DNA of 64,000 nucleotides from Felis catus (Eukaryota): the NCBI RefSeq assembly GCF_018350175.1, contig NC_058368.1:91762001-91826000 (forward strand), written 5' to 3'. The notes beneath the pieces are model-generated. The model was not told where the DNA came from. It made no database searches and worked only from the letters and a program-made list of their open reading frames with translations. Shown piece after piece: positions 35,661 through 48,639 of the stretch. The stretch's first letter is position 1, and each line of letters starts with the position of its first letter. The position numbers and the translations under genes are program-made.

Positions 35661-36794
35661 TGTCCACAATATCCACCTGTCGGCAGCCAGGCTCTCATCT
35701 CTCCAGGTAGCGTACTGGAGGAGCTCAGTCTGGTCGTTCACCTCTCTGTCCCCACTGGGCCGTGGACAAAAGCCATGGCCTCCCTCCTCAGTATCTCTGT
35801 GCCTGGCCGCAGTTCTGGCACAGCTGTGGCATCGAAGTGTGTGTGCCCCGTCCCCCTCAATGACTGCCCACAGGGCCCTCTATTCCTTGGTGGAGGCAGA
35901 TAGGATGTCTCAACAGCACTTTCCTCCTGTTTTCCTCCTAGCATCAGCAGACCCCTCGTAGACATAAACACGTCACATGCAAGCCCTAAATCCATTTGAA
36001 GTGTTATCTGTGAGGAACATCTGTGGATCCCCCTAGCTGTGTAGAGTTCAGCAGAGAGTACAAGTGTTCGTGGAGATGAGATCTAAACAGAGCTGGTACA
36101 TCATGAACAAAGGAGGCAGGCCGTCCAGGTGGTGCTCTCGGAGGGGCCGGCCCTGGGAGGAAGAGGCTGGCCAAGCCTGGACGTGGGGGAGACATGGTTG
36201 CGTTTAGACATGTGGCTAATGCGGAGTCTGATGAAAGCTCAGCATGGTGGGCTGTGTCTGCAGTCCTCCCGCTGCCTGCACAAACCCATGACACCCGCCC
36301 AGGAGGGTAGGCTCATCCCCACATATCACAGTACCACCCTGACAAGGACCTCAATCAGAGGAGAGAGTGTGTAATTGTACTAAGCAGATGTCAGGATCCT
36401 TGACTGGGTTTTAACTCCTTCTGGAGAGGGTCAGGGGCTGAATCCAAGTAACGCTGCTCCCAGGGAAGAGGGAACCAGCATTCACACATCCCAGGTTTCT
36501 CACCAAGAAATGGAGACACAGACTCTTCAACAACCTGCCTTCACCTGTTCGTGGGAGCAGAGAGGCACGTGGGCAGCAGCTGGTGCATTTTGGATGCCAG
36601 AAACCTGGCTGTCCTACACGTGTTATCACCACCATCCAGGTGGGCTCAGTGATCTTGCTTTGCCATCAGGCAGGGTTGGGGGTGTCTCTGAGAAGTGGAC
36701 CCAGGGGGTTCTGCTTTCCTGCCTCCCTTTCTTCATATAGATATTTACCTGCCTTTTGAGGAGGCAGGGAGTGGGAAGGGAAATCGCTTAGTAT

Positions 36795-37018
36795 TTTTTT
36801 TTAATTTTTTTTTAACATTTATTTATTTTTGAGAGACAAAGTGAGACAGAGCATAACTGGGGGAGGGGCAGAGAGAGAAGGGGGATACAGAATCCGAAGC
36901 AGGCTCCAGGCTCTGAGATGTCAGCACAAAGCCTGACGAGGGGCTCGAACCACTGACTGCCGAGATCATGACCTGAGCCAAAGTCAGAGCTTAACCGGCT
37001 GAGCCACCCAGGTGCCCC
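36795..37018 (-). mobile_element. CanSINE
   Basis: Antisense SINE; TSD cttagt plus T run. Confidence 0.92.
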
Positions 37019-37767
37019 ACTTAGTCTTTTTTTTAAGACTAGTTGTAGTTAATGGCAGAGTCCGGACCCTCTCCCAAGCCCCATGCTGGGTGGTGGTGGT
37101 GACCAGAGTACAGTTCCTGCCCTCAGAGAGCTCACGCTCGGGAAGATAAATCTTCCAGCACTAGGCGGATGCTCCTTTAACAGCCTGCAGAGACTAAAGA
37201 GGAAACAGATACCCACCCACCCGTAAAGTAAGGCAATCACGTGGAGCTTCCGCAACAGTTCTGTACTCCCTCCAAGCTCCAGGCTCTCCTGGCTCTTCCG
37301 TACACGTTGCATCTCTGCCTGAAACTCTTTCCCAGCCTCGTCCCTTCCGCACCCCCACCCCCACCCCCACATAGGTTCCTGAGACCTTCCCCCTGCCCCC
37401 AGGCTGAGAGAAGTCCCCCAGCCTGTGATCCATCGCGTCTGGAACTTCCCTCTTGTACCCATATCACACTTTGTTAGTCATTGGTTCATCAGGTGGCTGC
37501 TTTTCCACCAAACTAAAGCTCGGTGAGAGCTGAGACCATGTCTAACTCACTCGTGCATCTGTAGTGTCTGGCACTTAAGTAAAGCCTCAACATTTGTTGG
37601 ATGATGAATAAATGGGAAAGAGCCCTAGCAGTAGGAACATAAATAATTGAATATATGATATAATGAAAGCTTTCTGTTCTGAATCTATGTATCCAAGGAC
37701 TTACTGAATTCAAGGTAAATTGGATAGATTCCATGCGGCAAAGTATCTTAATTTAAAGAGCAAAAAA

Positions 37768-38260
37768 GGGGGTGCCTGGGCGGCTCAGTCCATTAAGCTT
37801 TGGACTTGGTTTTGACTTAGGTCATCATCTCACAGTTCATGAGATCGAGCCCCTCATCGGGCTCTGTGCTCGGAGCCTGCTTGGGATTCTCTCTCTCTCC
37901 CTCTCTCTCTTCCCCTCCCCTACTTGTGCTTTCTCTCTAAATAAATAAATAAACTTAAAGAGTTGAAAAAAAAAACCACCAAAGATATTCCATAAACTTC
38001 TAAGGAAGAAGTAAGAAGCTACCATAACGTGGTCACATGACCTGTGTCTGCAAAGTGTCAAAAAGCAGAAGAGCCTTGGGGAGCCTGGGTGGCTCAGTCG
38101 GTTAAGCCTCTGACTTTGGCTCAGGTGATGATCTCATGGTTCAGGAATTCGAGCCCTGCATTGGGCTCTGTGTTGACAGCTCAGAGCCTGGAGCCTGCTT
38201 GGGATTCTGTGTCTCCTTCTCTCTGCCCCCCAACCTCAAAAAATAAACATTAAAAAAAAA
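37768..38260 (+). mobile_element. Two CanSINEs (about 37768-37975 and 38077-38260)
   Basis: Two sense SINE bodies with A tails. Confidence 0.9.
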
Positions 38261-41200
38261 GCAGAGAGCCTCAAAATTCTCCACAGCTCTAAGGATCAGA
38301 GGTCAGCAACACTGTGCCTACAGAAGTGGGTAGAAAAGGTTATACTCAGCACAGCCCCATATACAGCTATACTAATAGTCTTAGGTAGAGACTGAAAAAT
38401 AACATTTCTAGATATGTGATGGCTTGGACACTATATTACTATTTCTGAGAAAGCTACTCTAGGATGTATACCAATGAAAGAAGAAAGGAATCTAAATAAG
38501 GATCCCCCTTCCCCAACCCCTGGCAACTGCCAGTCTACTCTGTTTTCTGTCTCTGTGGGTTTACCTATTCTGTATATTTTATATAAATAGAACCATACAA
38601 TAGGTAATGTTTGGTGTCTGCCTTCTTTCACTTACCCTAATTTTTTTGAGGTTGGATCATCCACATTGTAGCAAGAATCAGTATTTCATTCTTTTTTATG
38701 CTTGAATAATATTCCATTATACGGATATACCACAAGAGTATATATTTCTCTGTTAATGGACATTTGGGTCATTTCTACCTTTTGACTATTGTGAATAGTA
38801 CTGCTATAAACATACATATATATGTATTAGTTTGAGCACCTGTGTTTAATTCCTTTGGGCACATACCTAGAGGTGACATTGCTGAGTCATAATTCTATGT
38901 TTACATTTTTGAGAAACTATCAACTTTTTTCCACAGTGGTTGAACCATTTTTATAACCCACCCAGCCACATATGAGGGTTCTAATTTTCTTAAATGTTTA
39001 TTTACTTTTGAGAGAGAGAGAGAGAGCGCGCACACACAAGCAGGGGAGAGGCGGGTGGGGGGGGGGCGGGCAGGACTGAGGATCCAAATTGAGCTCTGTG
39101 CTGACAGCAGAGAGCCCGATGTGGGGCTCAAACTCACAAACTGTGAGATCATGACCTGAGCTGAAGTCAGACCCTTAACTGACTGAGCCACCTAGGCACC
39201 CATGAAGGTTCCAATTTGCCCACATCTTTGTCAACATTTTTTATTTTCTGTATTATTATTATTTATTATAGTCATCTGATGGTTGTGAGGTGATCTCTCA
39301 TTGTGTGTGTGGGGTGTGGGTGTGTGTGTGTGTTTATGAAGGGCACATATAAACTCTTGTTAATATTAGTTGGTAAACTAAATCCTGAAAAGCCAATTGT
39401 ATTTACAAGAAATGAATCTACCAATTTATTTATGAAAAAATTTATTTATGAAAATCTTAAGCAGTATAAAGCTCAGAAGCTCCACTTAGAAGCTTAGATA
39501 TAGATATATCCAAACATGGATATGATGCTAAGCAACCCTAGTCTTTTCTTTAAATTGAATAAGATGTAAGTTGGACAGAGCACAGTAACCCTCACAGCAG
39601 CAATTCTCAAAGAACAGAATTCATAGATCATTGTGGTTTTGATTTGCATGTCCCTCGTGATTAATGATGTTGAGCATCTTTTCATGTGCTTGTCGACATA
39701 TGTATGTCTTTTCATGTGTATGTCTTCTTTGGAGAAATGCCTGTTCAGGTCTTTGCTCATTTTTGAATTGGGTTGTCTTTCTGTTGTTGTAAGAGTTCTT
39801 TTTATATTGAATATATATTCTGGACATATTCTGCATACCAGACCCTTGTCAGATGTATGATTTGAAAATATTTTTTTGGGACACCTGGCTGGCTCAGTCA
39901 GTAGAGTATGCAACTCTTAATCTCAGGATTGTGAGTTTAAGCCCCATGTTGGGCATAGAGCTTTCTTTAAAAAAAAAAAAAGAAAAGAAAGAAAGAAAGA
40001 AGGAGGAGGAGGAGAAGAAGGAGAAGAAAATATTTTCTCTCAATCTGTAGATTGTCATTTTACATTTTGATAATGTCTTTTAATCAGAAAAGCTTTTAAT
40101 TTTGATGAAGTCCAATTTATCTGGGTTTTTTTTTCTTTTGTTTTATGCTTTTGGTGTCATATCCAAGAATCCATTGCCAAATATCATCTCATGAAGATTT
40201 ATCCCTATATTTTCCTTAAGAGTTTTATAGCTTTAGCTCTTATATTTAGGTCATGGAACTCTTCTGAGTCAATTTTTGTCTATGGTGTGAGGGAGGGGTC
40301 CAACTTCATTCTTTTGCATTTGGCTATCCAGTTCTCCCACCACCATTTGTTAAAGAAACTACTCTTTTCAGGACACCTGGATGGCTCAGTCAGTTAAGCA
40401 TCTGACTGTTGGTTTCAGCTCAGGTCATGATCTCACTGTTCGTGGGTTTGAGCCCTGGATCAGGCTCTGTGCTGACAACATGCAGCCTGCTTGGGATTCT
40501 GTCTCTCTCTCTCTGTCTGCCCCTCCCCTACTCGTTCTCTCTCTCTCTCTCTCTCTCTCAAAAATAAATAAATAAACATTAAAAAAAAGAAACTATTCTT
40601 TTCTCATGGCATCCTTATTAAGAATTAAATTAGCCATAGATGTATGGGTTTATTGACTCTCAATTCTAGTCCACTGGTCTATATGTTTAGTCTTAGTCCA
40701 GAACCATACTGTTTCAATTATGGTAGCTTTGTAGTATGTTTTTAAATTGGTAAGTATGAGTCCTCCAACTTTGTTCTTTTTCAGTATTTTTTTTTGGCTA
40801 TTGGCCCCTTGTGATTCCGGATGAATTTGATGGTTGGCTGGGCCATTTCCTTCAAAAGAAAAACAAAACCATTGGAATTTTGACAGGGATTACATTGAAT
40901 CTATAGACTACTTTGAGGAGTGTTATTATCTTAACAATATTAAGTCTCCCTATCTATGAACATGAAATGGGAAGTTGTATATTTTTTCACATATTTATTT
41001 TCATTTTAATGTACTTATGAATTATCTATTCATATCCTTTGCCTTGTTTTCTAATGAGTTATTTGTGTTTTCAGACTGCTTCATATAATCGTTTTTAATA
41101 TAGAAATTGACCTTTCATCATAGATAGTGTAAATATTTTTCCCAATTTGATGTTAGTCACATGACCCTATTTAGGATAATTTTTTATATGTACAAGGTTT

Positions 41201-41771
41201 GTTTTCCTTTAATATAGTCAAATGTATGTCTTTTATGAGTTCTGTGTCTTGTATCCTGCTAGAAAGCTCTCTCCAATCTAACATTGTAAATAAATTCACT
41301 AATGTTTTGTTCTATAACCCTATTTATTTTATTTTTATATTGACATCATTGATAACTTTGGGATTTGTTGTTATATAATGAGTGAGGTAGCCATGCAATC
41401 TTGTGTTTTTTCATATGATTAGCTAGTTGTCCAGAATAATCTATCTTTTAGCACTGCAGGAAATGCCATCTTGATGACCCTCCGAATTTGTGACATTCTG
41501 AATACTGTATTCTTTGTCATTGTTAATTTCTTTTCCATGGCCAAACTGGCTGGTTTTAATTTTTCTATTTAAAATAATTATAGGTTCACAGGAAGCTAGA
41601 AACATAGTACGGAGAAGTCACATGTACGCTTCACCCAGTTTTCCCCATTAGTTACATCTTAGGTACTATAAAACAATATCAAAACCAGTAAATTGACATT
41701 GGTACAATGTGTGTGTTAAGTTCTATGCCATCACAGGTGTGGATTCATGTAACCACAGCACTAGGAAAGTA

Positions 41772-41875
41772 CAACACTATTCTATCATCTGGAAACCACC
41801 CCCCTCCACCACCATCGACCCCAACACTATTCTATCATCTGGAAACCACCCCCCTCCACCACCATCGACCCCAAC
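41772..41875. repeat. Perfect 50-bp tandem duplication
   Basis: 41772-41821 is identical to 41822-41871; caac microhomology at the junction. Confidence 0.95.
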
Positions 41876-43342
41876 CTCAGGCAACCACTAATCTGTTTTC
41901 CATATCTATAAACTTGTCATTTTATGGACTATATGGAATCATATAGTAAGTGATGTTTTAAGATTGGCTTTATTTGTTCAGCATCATGCCCTTTAGTTCT
42001 ATCCAAGTTGTTGCATGTATCAACAATTAATTCACTTTTTAAAAATTTTTATTTAAATTACAGTTAGTTGGGGGCACCTGGGTAGCTCAGTCTATTAATC
42101 ATCTGACTCTTGGTTTCAGTTCAGGTCATGATCCCATGGTTCTTGAGATCGAGCCCCGTGTTAGGCTCTGCACTGACAGTGTGGACCCTGCTTGAGATTC
42201 TGTCTCTTCTCTCTCTGCCCCTCCCCCAATCATGCTCACTCTCTCACTCTCTCTCTCAAAATAAATAAAGTTAAGAAAAAATAAATTCCAGTTAGTTAAC
42301 ATACAGTGTTGTATTAGTTTCAGGTGTACAATATAGTGATTCAACAATTCCATACATCACCCAGTGCTCACCACAAGTGCACTCCTTAATCCTCATCACC
42401 TATTGCCCACATCTGCCTCAGCCCCTCTGGTAACCATCAGTTTGTTCTCTATAGTTAGGAGTCTGTTTCTTGGTTTGCTTCTCTTGGTCTTTTTGTTTCC
42501 CTTTGCTTGTTTGTTTTTTTCTTAAATGCTACATATAAGTGAAATTGTATGATATTTGTCTTTCTCTGACTGACTTACTTTGCTTAGCACTATACTCTCC
42601 AGCTCAATTCCCATCATTGCAAATGGCAAGGTTTCATTCTTTTTGATAGCTGAGTAATATTCCATCTTCTTTATCCAATCATCAGTAAGTAGATATGTCT
42701 TCTTTATCTACATCTTCTTTATCCATTCATCAGTAAGTAGATACTTGGGCTGTTTCCATAATTTGACTATTGTTGATAATGTTGCTATAAACATTCAGGT
42801 GCATGTATCCCTTTACTAAATAATTAGTAAAAATACTGAATTAATTAAATAAATTAGTAAGTTAGTAAATTAATCATTTGAAACTAAATTAATTAGTAAA
42901 AATACTAAAAAATTAGTATTTTTGTATTTGGGGGTAAATATCTAGTAGTGCAATTGCTGGATTGTAGGGTAGTTATATTTTTAACTTTTTGAGGAACCTC
43001 CATACTGTTTTCCAGAATGGCTACACCAGTTTGCATTCCCACCAACAGTGCAAGAGGGTTCCTATTTCTCTACATCCTTGCCAACACCTTTTGTTTCTTA
43101 TGTTGTTGATTTTAGCCATGCTGAGAGATGTGAGGTGATATCTCATTATAGTTTTTTTTAAGTTTTTATTTAAATTCCAGTTAGTTGACATACAGTGTAT
43201 AGTTTCAGATGTACAATTTAGTGATTTGACACTTCCATACAACACCCAGTGCTCATCACAATAGGTGCCCTCCTTAATCCCCATCACCTATTTCACACAT
43301 CCCCCCACCCACCAACAGTTCATTCACTTTTATTGCCAAGCA

Positions 43343-44070
43343 GTATTGTATTGTATTGTGTTTATTGTACTGTATTGTGTTTGTTGTATTGTATTGTGTG
43401 TGTTGTATTGCATTGCGTTGTATTGTATTTTAGCCATCTACATACGGTAGGACATTTTGGTTGTTTCCAGTTTTTGGTTACTACAAATAAAGCTTCTGTG
43501 AACATCTGTGAACAGATATTTGTATAGACATAAGATTTCATTACTCTGAGATAAATGCCCACAAGTGTATAATTGATGGACCATATGGTGCGTATATTTT
43601 TAGGGCTTGTTGTTGTTATTGTTTTGTGTCTGGTTGGTTATCTTTTTTTTTTTTTTTTTTTGAGAAACTACCAAGCTATTTTCTAGAGCACACTGTACCA
43701 GTGTGAGCCAAGTATAGAAATTTTAACTAATTTAATATCCCTTTATACTCTTCCACTTAAAATATAGTTCTCTTATCTATTTCCATACATTGGGAACCCC
43801 ATCGAACAGCATTACACCTTTTGCTTCAACCATTAAACACAATTCGGCCCATCAGTTATATACTTGTGGGCATTTATCTCAGACTAATGAAATCTTATGT
43901 CTACACAAATATCTGTTCACAAGTGTTCATAGAAGCTTTATTTGTAATAGTCAAAAACTAGAAACAACCAAAATGTCTTGCAATAAGTAGATGGCTGAAA
44001 TACAATACAACACAATACAATACAATACAATACAATACAATACAATACAATACAATACAATACAATACAA
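43343..44070. repeat. Inverted repeat: arms 43343-43582 and 43846-44070, each ending in (TATTG)n/(CAATA)n
   Basis: Manual ungapped alignment of the non-microsatellite core: about 18 mismatches in about 162 bp. Confidence 0.9.
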
Positions 44071-45219
44071 ACTCAATAGAAGAAAGACCTACCGCATGCA
44101 CCCATATTTTTGCTTACCACGTTCTTTCTTTTTCCTTTATGTTCCAAGATTCCTTTGTCATTTCCTCTCTGCTTAAAGTTTATTTGTTTATTTTGAGAGA
44201 AACAGAAAGAGTGTGAGCGAGGGAGGGGCAGAAAGAGAGGGAGAGAGAATCCAAGCAGCCTCCACGCCATCAGCACAGAGCCTGACTCGGGGCTCAAACT
44301 TACCAACTGTGAGATCATGACCTGAACCAAAACCAAGAGTTGGATGCTTAACCCACTGAGCCACCCAGGCACCCCCTGTCTTTGTTGTTGTTGTTGTTGT
44401 TTCAGGAATAGAATTAGTGATTCATCACTTACATATAACACCAGTGCTCATCCCAACAAGTGCCCCTCCTTAATGCCCATCACCCATTTAGCCCATCCCC
44501 CCACCCAACACCCCTCCAGCAACTCAGTTTATCCTCTGTATTTAAGAGTCTCTTATGGTTAATCTTCCTGTTTTTATATTATTTTTGCTTCCCTTCCCCT
44601 GTGTTCATCTGTTTTGTATCTTAGATTCCACATATGAGTGAATTCATATGATATTTGTCTTTCTCTGACTTATTTCACTTAGCATAATACACTCTAGTTC
44701 CATCCACATTGTTGCAAATGGCAAGATTTCATTCTTTTTGATCACCGAGTAATATTCCATCTATTCCACATCTTTATCCATTCATCAATCAATGGACATT
44801 TGAGCTTTTTCCATTCTTTGGCTATTGTCAATAGCACTGCTATAAACATTGTGCCCCTTCAAAACAGCATAACTGTATCCTTTGGATAAATACCTAGTAA
44901 AGCAATTGTTGGGTCATAGGGTAGTTCTATTTTTAATTTTTTGAGGAACCTCCATACTGTTTTAGAGTGGCTGCACCAGTTTACATTCCCACCACCAGTG
45001 CAAAAGCATTCTTCTTTTCTTCGCATCCTTGCCAACATCTGTTGTTGCCTGAGTTGTTAATTTTAGACATTCTGATAGGTATGAGGTGGTATCTCATTGT
45101 GGTTTTGATTTGTATTTCCCTGATGATGAGTGCCTCTTTTGTAGTGATTTCAAATGGAACGCTTTTCTATTATGCCTTCCTAACTGGCTATTCTTTGTAT
45201 ATGGGAATGCCATTCATTT

Positions 45220-45450
45220 TTATTTTATTATTATTTTTTTAATGTTTATTTATTTTTGAGACAGAGAGAGAGAGACCGAGTGCAAGTGGGGGAGGGGCAG
45301 AGAAAGAGAAGGAGACACAGAATCCGAGGCAGGCTCCAGGCTCTGAGCTATCATCACAGAGCCTGACGGGGGGCTTGAACCCACGAACTGTGAGACCATG
45401 ACCTGAGCTGAAATCAGACGCTTAACCGACGAAGCCACCCAGGCACTCCC
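45220..45450 (-). mobile_element. CanSINE
   Basis: Antisense SINE; TSD ggaatgccatt. Confidence 0.92.
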
Positions 45451-45984
45451 AGGAATGCCATTTATTTTTATATGTTCCATTCACATCCATCCACTTTAGT
45501 ATATTTGCTCATTATTTCTGGTGGTTTGTAGTTTATTCTCATGGATCGGAGGTATCAAATCATATCAGATGTTAATAATTATATTTTTCACACTCCATCC
45601 CAACATTAGCATTCCCTCCTTTCTTGTGGCCTTCCAGAAAACTGTTCCGTCACGGTGCTGGTGATGGTGCACCCTCATCTGGTTCCTCACTTTAATGGGG
45701 GTGCTTTCAGCATTTCAGCACAAGGCTTGTGATAGCACGTTGGAATAATGTTTTTTAATAATGCAGGGGAGAGGACCCACCTAGTCTACTGTCCCCCTTC
45801 TCACAATGTCATGAGCCAGGCATGAATAACAAAAGCACTTAAACACAGAAAAACCTTGCCATCTGGAGATTTAAGAACAGTCTCCTGAATAACTAATGGG
45901 TCAGAAAGAAAATCCAAAAATGGAATCATAGTATGGTGAGAGAATCATCTAATCAGGAACAGAGCTATATTAAGGAGAAGTCTC

Positions 45985-46195
45985 GGGGGCGCCTGGGTGG
46001 CTCAGCCGGTTGAACGTCCAACTCTTGGTTTCAGCTCAGGACATGATCTCACAGTTGGTGAGATCGAGCCCTGCCTCTGGATCTGCGGTGACAACTTGGA
46101 GCCTGCTTAGAATTCTCTCTCTCCCTTCTCTCTGCCCCTCCCCCACTCACACTGTCTCTGTCTCTCTCCAATAAATAAATAAACTTAAAAAGAAC
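45985..46195 (+). mobile_element. CanSINE
   Basis: TSD taaggagaagtctcgg on both sides. Confidence 0.93.
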
Positions 46196-48420
46196 ATTTA
46201 AGGAGAAGTCTCGGAACAAGTAACCACTTAAACCAGCCTGAGTTGGAAGGGGTTGTACTGACTGAGAAGCAAGTAGCAGAAACTTCAGGGTGCAGGTGGC
46301 CTCACAGCAGACCTGTGTTTCGCTGTCATCGTTTCCCAGAGCAAACTCAGGACCGCACACTGTGGGTCACGTGAACTTCTGGTGCTGGGGCTGCTTCTGA
46401 CCCGCGGTGCCTGTGTAAGTGGTGTGCAAGGGGCTGCCTGGCTGGGCTCGGGGAGGGACCCACATGACCGAGGCACTCTGGTGTGGGGGCACCGGTGGCA
46501 CTGTGGTCTCAGTAGAAGCACAGGGACCAAGCTCTGTGAATGATTTCCTTTTCTTTTCTCCACTAAAGCAAGATCAAGGGCAGCAGCCTGGGGACCTCGT
46601 TCTCATACGGTGTTCTGAGTAGAAAGGGAGAGTTACGGCTCGTGTCCTCTGGGGAATGCCCACCAGTGTGGGCCCAGGTCTGTGTGTGAACCCCAGGGCC
46701 TCCGCATCCTCAGTACCGTGTGGGCATCTGTATCTCTGAGGGATGTTGGAAACAGGGGTCTGGTTATCGGTGATTTTTGTGCTCCTGCAGCCCCACTGGT
46801 CTCTGCTCGGTCGTATGTTTTATTGAGTGCCTTCTCTATGCAGTGGGAGTTAGGGTGACAGGAGCCAATGGAGGGACTGGTCTGGGCTCATCTCATGCTT
46901 CTTCCTCACCCCATTCTCCCACCTGTGTTTCCCCCAAACGTTCTGTGTTATTTCAAGCCTCGGAGCCTTTGTATACGTTGTTTGTGCCACGCAGAATGCC
47001 CTTTCCTTTCTGGCAAATTCATCCGTCTTGCAGACTGAGCTCAAGAGTCGCTTCTTCCATGAAGTGTGCTGTGCCCACTTCTGATGCCTCTTCCTAATGC
47101 CCCCACATACCTAGTGCCCACCTCTGCCCACTGGCTGCACCACCCTTTCTGAACTGCAGTCCCTTGCTGTTGAATGAATGAATGAATGCATGATGACGGT
47201 GATTATTATAACCAAGCACTTTACTAAGGCACCTGCACCCAGTAGTATGGCCACTGCTTCTGATGAGCATGGTCCCCAATGGGGTATCCGGGGAGGGCAG
47301 CCCCGCATTGGAAGCAGGCCCTGCCTGGCACTCAGTAGGCTCTCAGTGAGTGGCTGCTGTATGGTCTGGTTGTGTTGACCCCACGAATGGAGGCAGGGTA
47401 AGCCAAGCACCATGGGGAGACAAGGGCTGCGTGAGACCCTGACCTGAGCCTCTGTCTTCTTTTCCTTTCTGTTTCCAGGAATCCCGCCGAGGGTGAGAAA
47501 AGACCCTTTGAACTTCCCTTTAGGAAAATCTCTTGTTCTTTGGAGGCTTTCGTTGTGAGGAGTTGGATGAGCCTGTGGTTTCGAAGCCTTGGTGGTAGCC
47601 CCCCACATCTGTCACTTTCTGGGCTGTCCCAGAAGGCTGGAAGGCGCCTTCAAATCCTGGGTTTTTCACAAAGGCATTTGTTCTCTTTCCCTTGGCCTCG
47701 TGTTGTCTTTCTTAGAAAGTGTTGCAGATGTTGGGCAAAGCTGGTGCAGAGGGAGGTGGCTTCAAACAATGGCTGCACATTTATGAGGTATCCTAACTAT
47801 ACAGACCCCTCAGGGCTCTGAGTCTTCAGATGCCTGTGGAGTGCTAGATCTCAGAGCTCAGGTCTCTGCCTTTGTTTCTGGGGGACAGTCCCAATTCTCA
47901 GGACTTTTGTCTAAAAGCAGTGGTTTGCACAGGAGTCAGGTGGATCTTGTGCCTCTCACTGGCTGAGTGAACATGACCTCTAAAATGGGAAGAATAATCC
48001 TGCCCTCAAGGGGGTGTTGCAACAATTGAGACAATGCATTTAAACTCTCCAGGGGGAGGAAGGAGAAGTTGCATCTATTAGCACCCACCTGTATGTGAGG
48101 GAGGCACAGACATGGCCGATCAGGAACCTTGGTTCAAGTCTGGCTCAGCTGTGATAAGCCAAGTGATCTTGGTCAGGTTGTTTCTCTTTGTGTCTAAGTC
48201 ATCACTTCAGTAAACTGGGAATAACGGAAGGATTAGATGAGGTAATACTTGAAAATCTCTAAGGACCCCATCTGGTGCACAGTAATAGTTTGATATGTAG
48301 AACTACCTCAGTAAGTTGTATTTCCATTCACTTCCTCCCTCGTTTCTTACCACTGAAATCATTCTATGATTAAGATCTGGCAATTAATGGATAGTTTATG
48401 GGTTTAAAGAAGACCAAGGT

Positions 48421-48635
48421 GGGGTGCCTTGGTGGCCCAGTCTGTTAAGCATCCAACTGTTGATTTTGGCTCAGGTCATGATCCCAGGGTTGTGCAATCG
48501 AGCCTCAACTTGGGTTCTGCGCTGGGCATGGAGCCTTCTTGGGATCCTCTCTCTCTGCTCTTTCCCTGTTCATGCTCTCTCTCTCTCAAAAAAAAAAAAA
48601 AATTTTTTTTAAATAAAGAATTGAAAAAAAAAAAA
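48421..48635 (+). mobile_element. CanSINE
   Basis: Sense SINE; TSD agaccaagg. Confidence 0.9.
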
Positions 48636-48639
48636 GAGA

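Larger units (their letters stand above)
38500..45140 (-). mobile_element. Mosaic block of nested antisense LINE-1 fragments (old L1M plus younger carnivore L1 3' ends at about 42281-43310 and 44405-45130), with SINEs at about 38985, 39878, 40370, 42070 and 44172
   Basis: Repeated antisense L1 motifs (cattgtggttttgatttgcat, ttgaggaacctccatactgtt, tgcaaatggcaagatttcattc); no intact ORF. Confidence 0.85.

Noticed and set aside
35239..35961. Longest ORF (240 aa, + strand)
   Set aside because: Starts at TTG, is Pro/Ser/His-rich low complexity, and stays open because of the GC-rich tandem repeat; no recognisable domain
37640..38490. Possible HAL1/L1 ORF1-like relic around two SINEs
   Set aside because: Too diverged to support by eye
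39494..39913. ORF resembling the L1 ORF2 C-terminus (DLNRHFSKEDI...HMKRCSTSL)
   Set aside because: Fragment of a decayed L1, not a host gene or an active element
39878..39985. tRNA-like sequence with A/B boxes (also 52038-52177)
   Set aside because: Short CanSINE variants with poly-A tails and diverged stems, not tRNA genes
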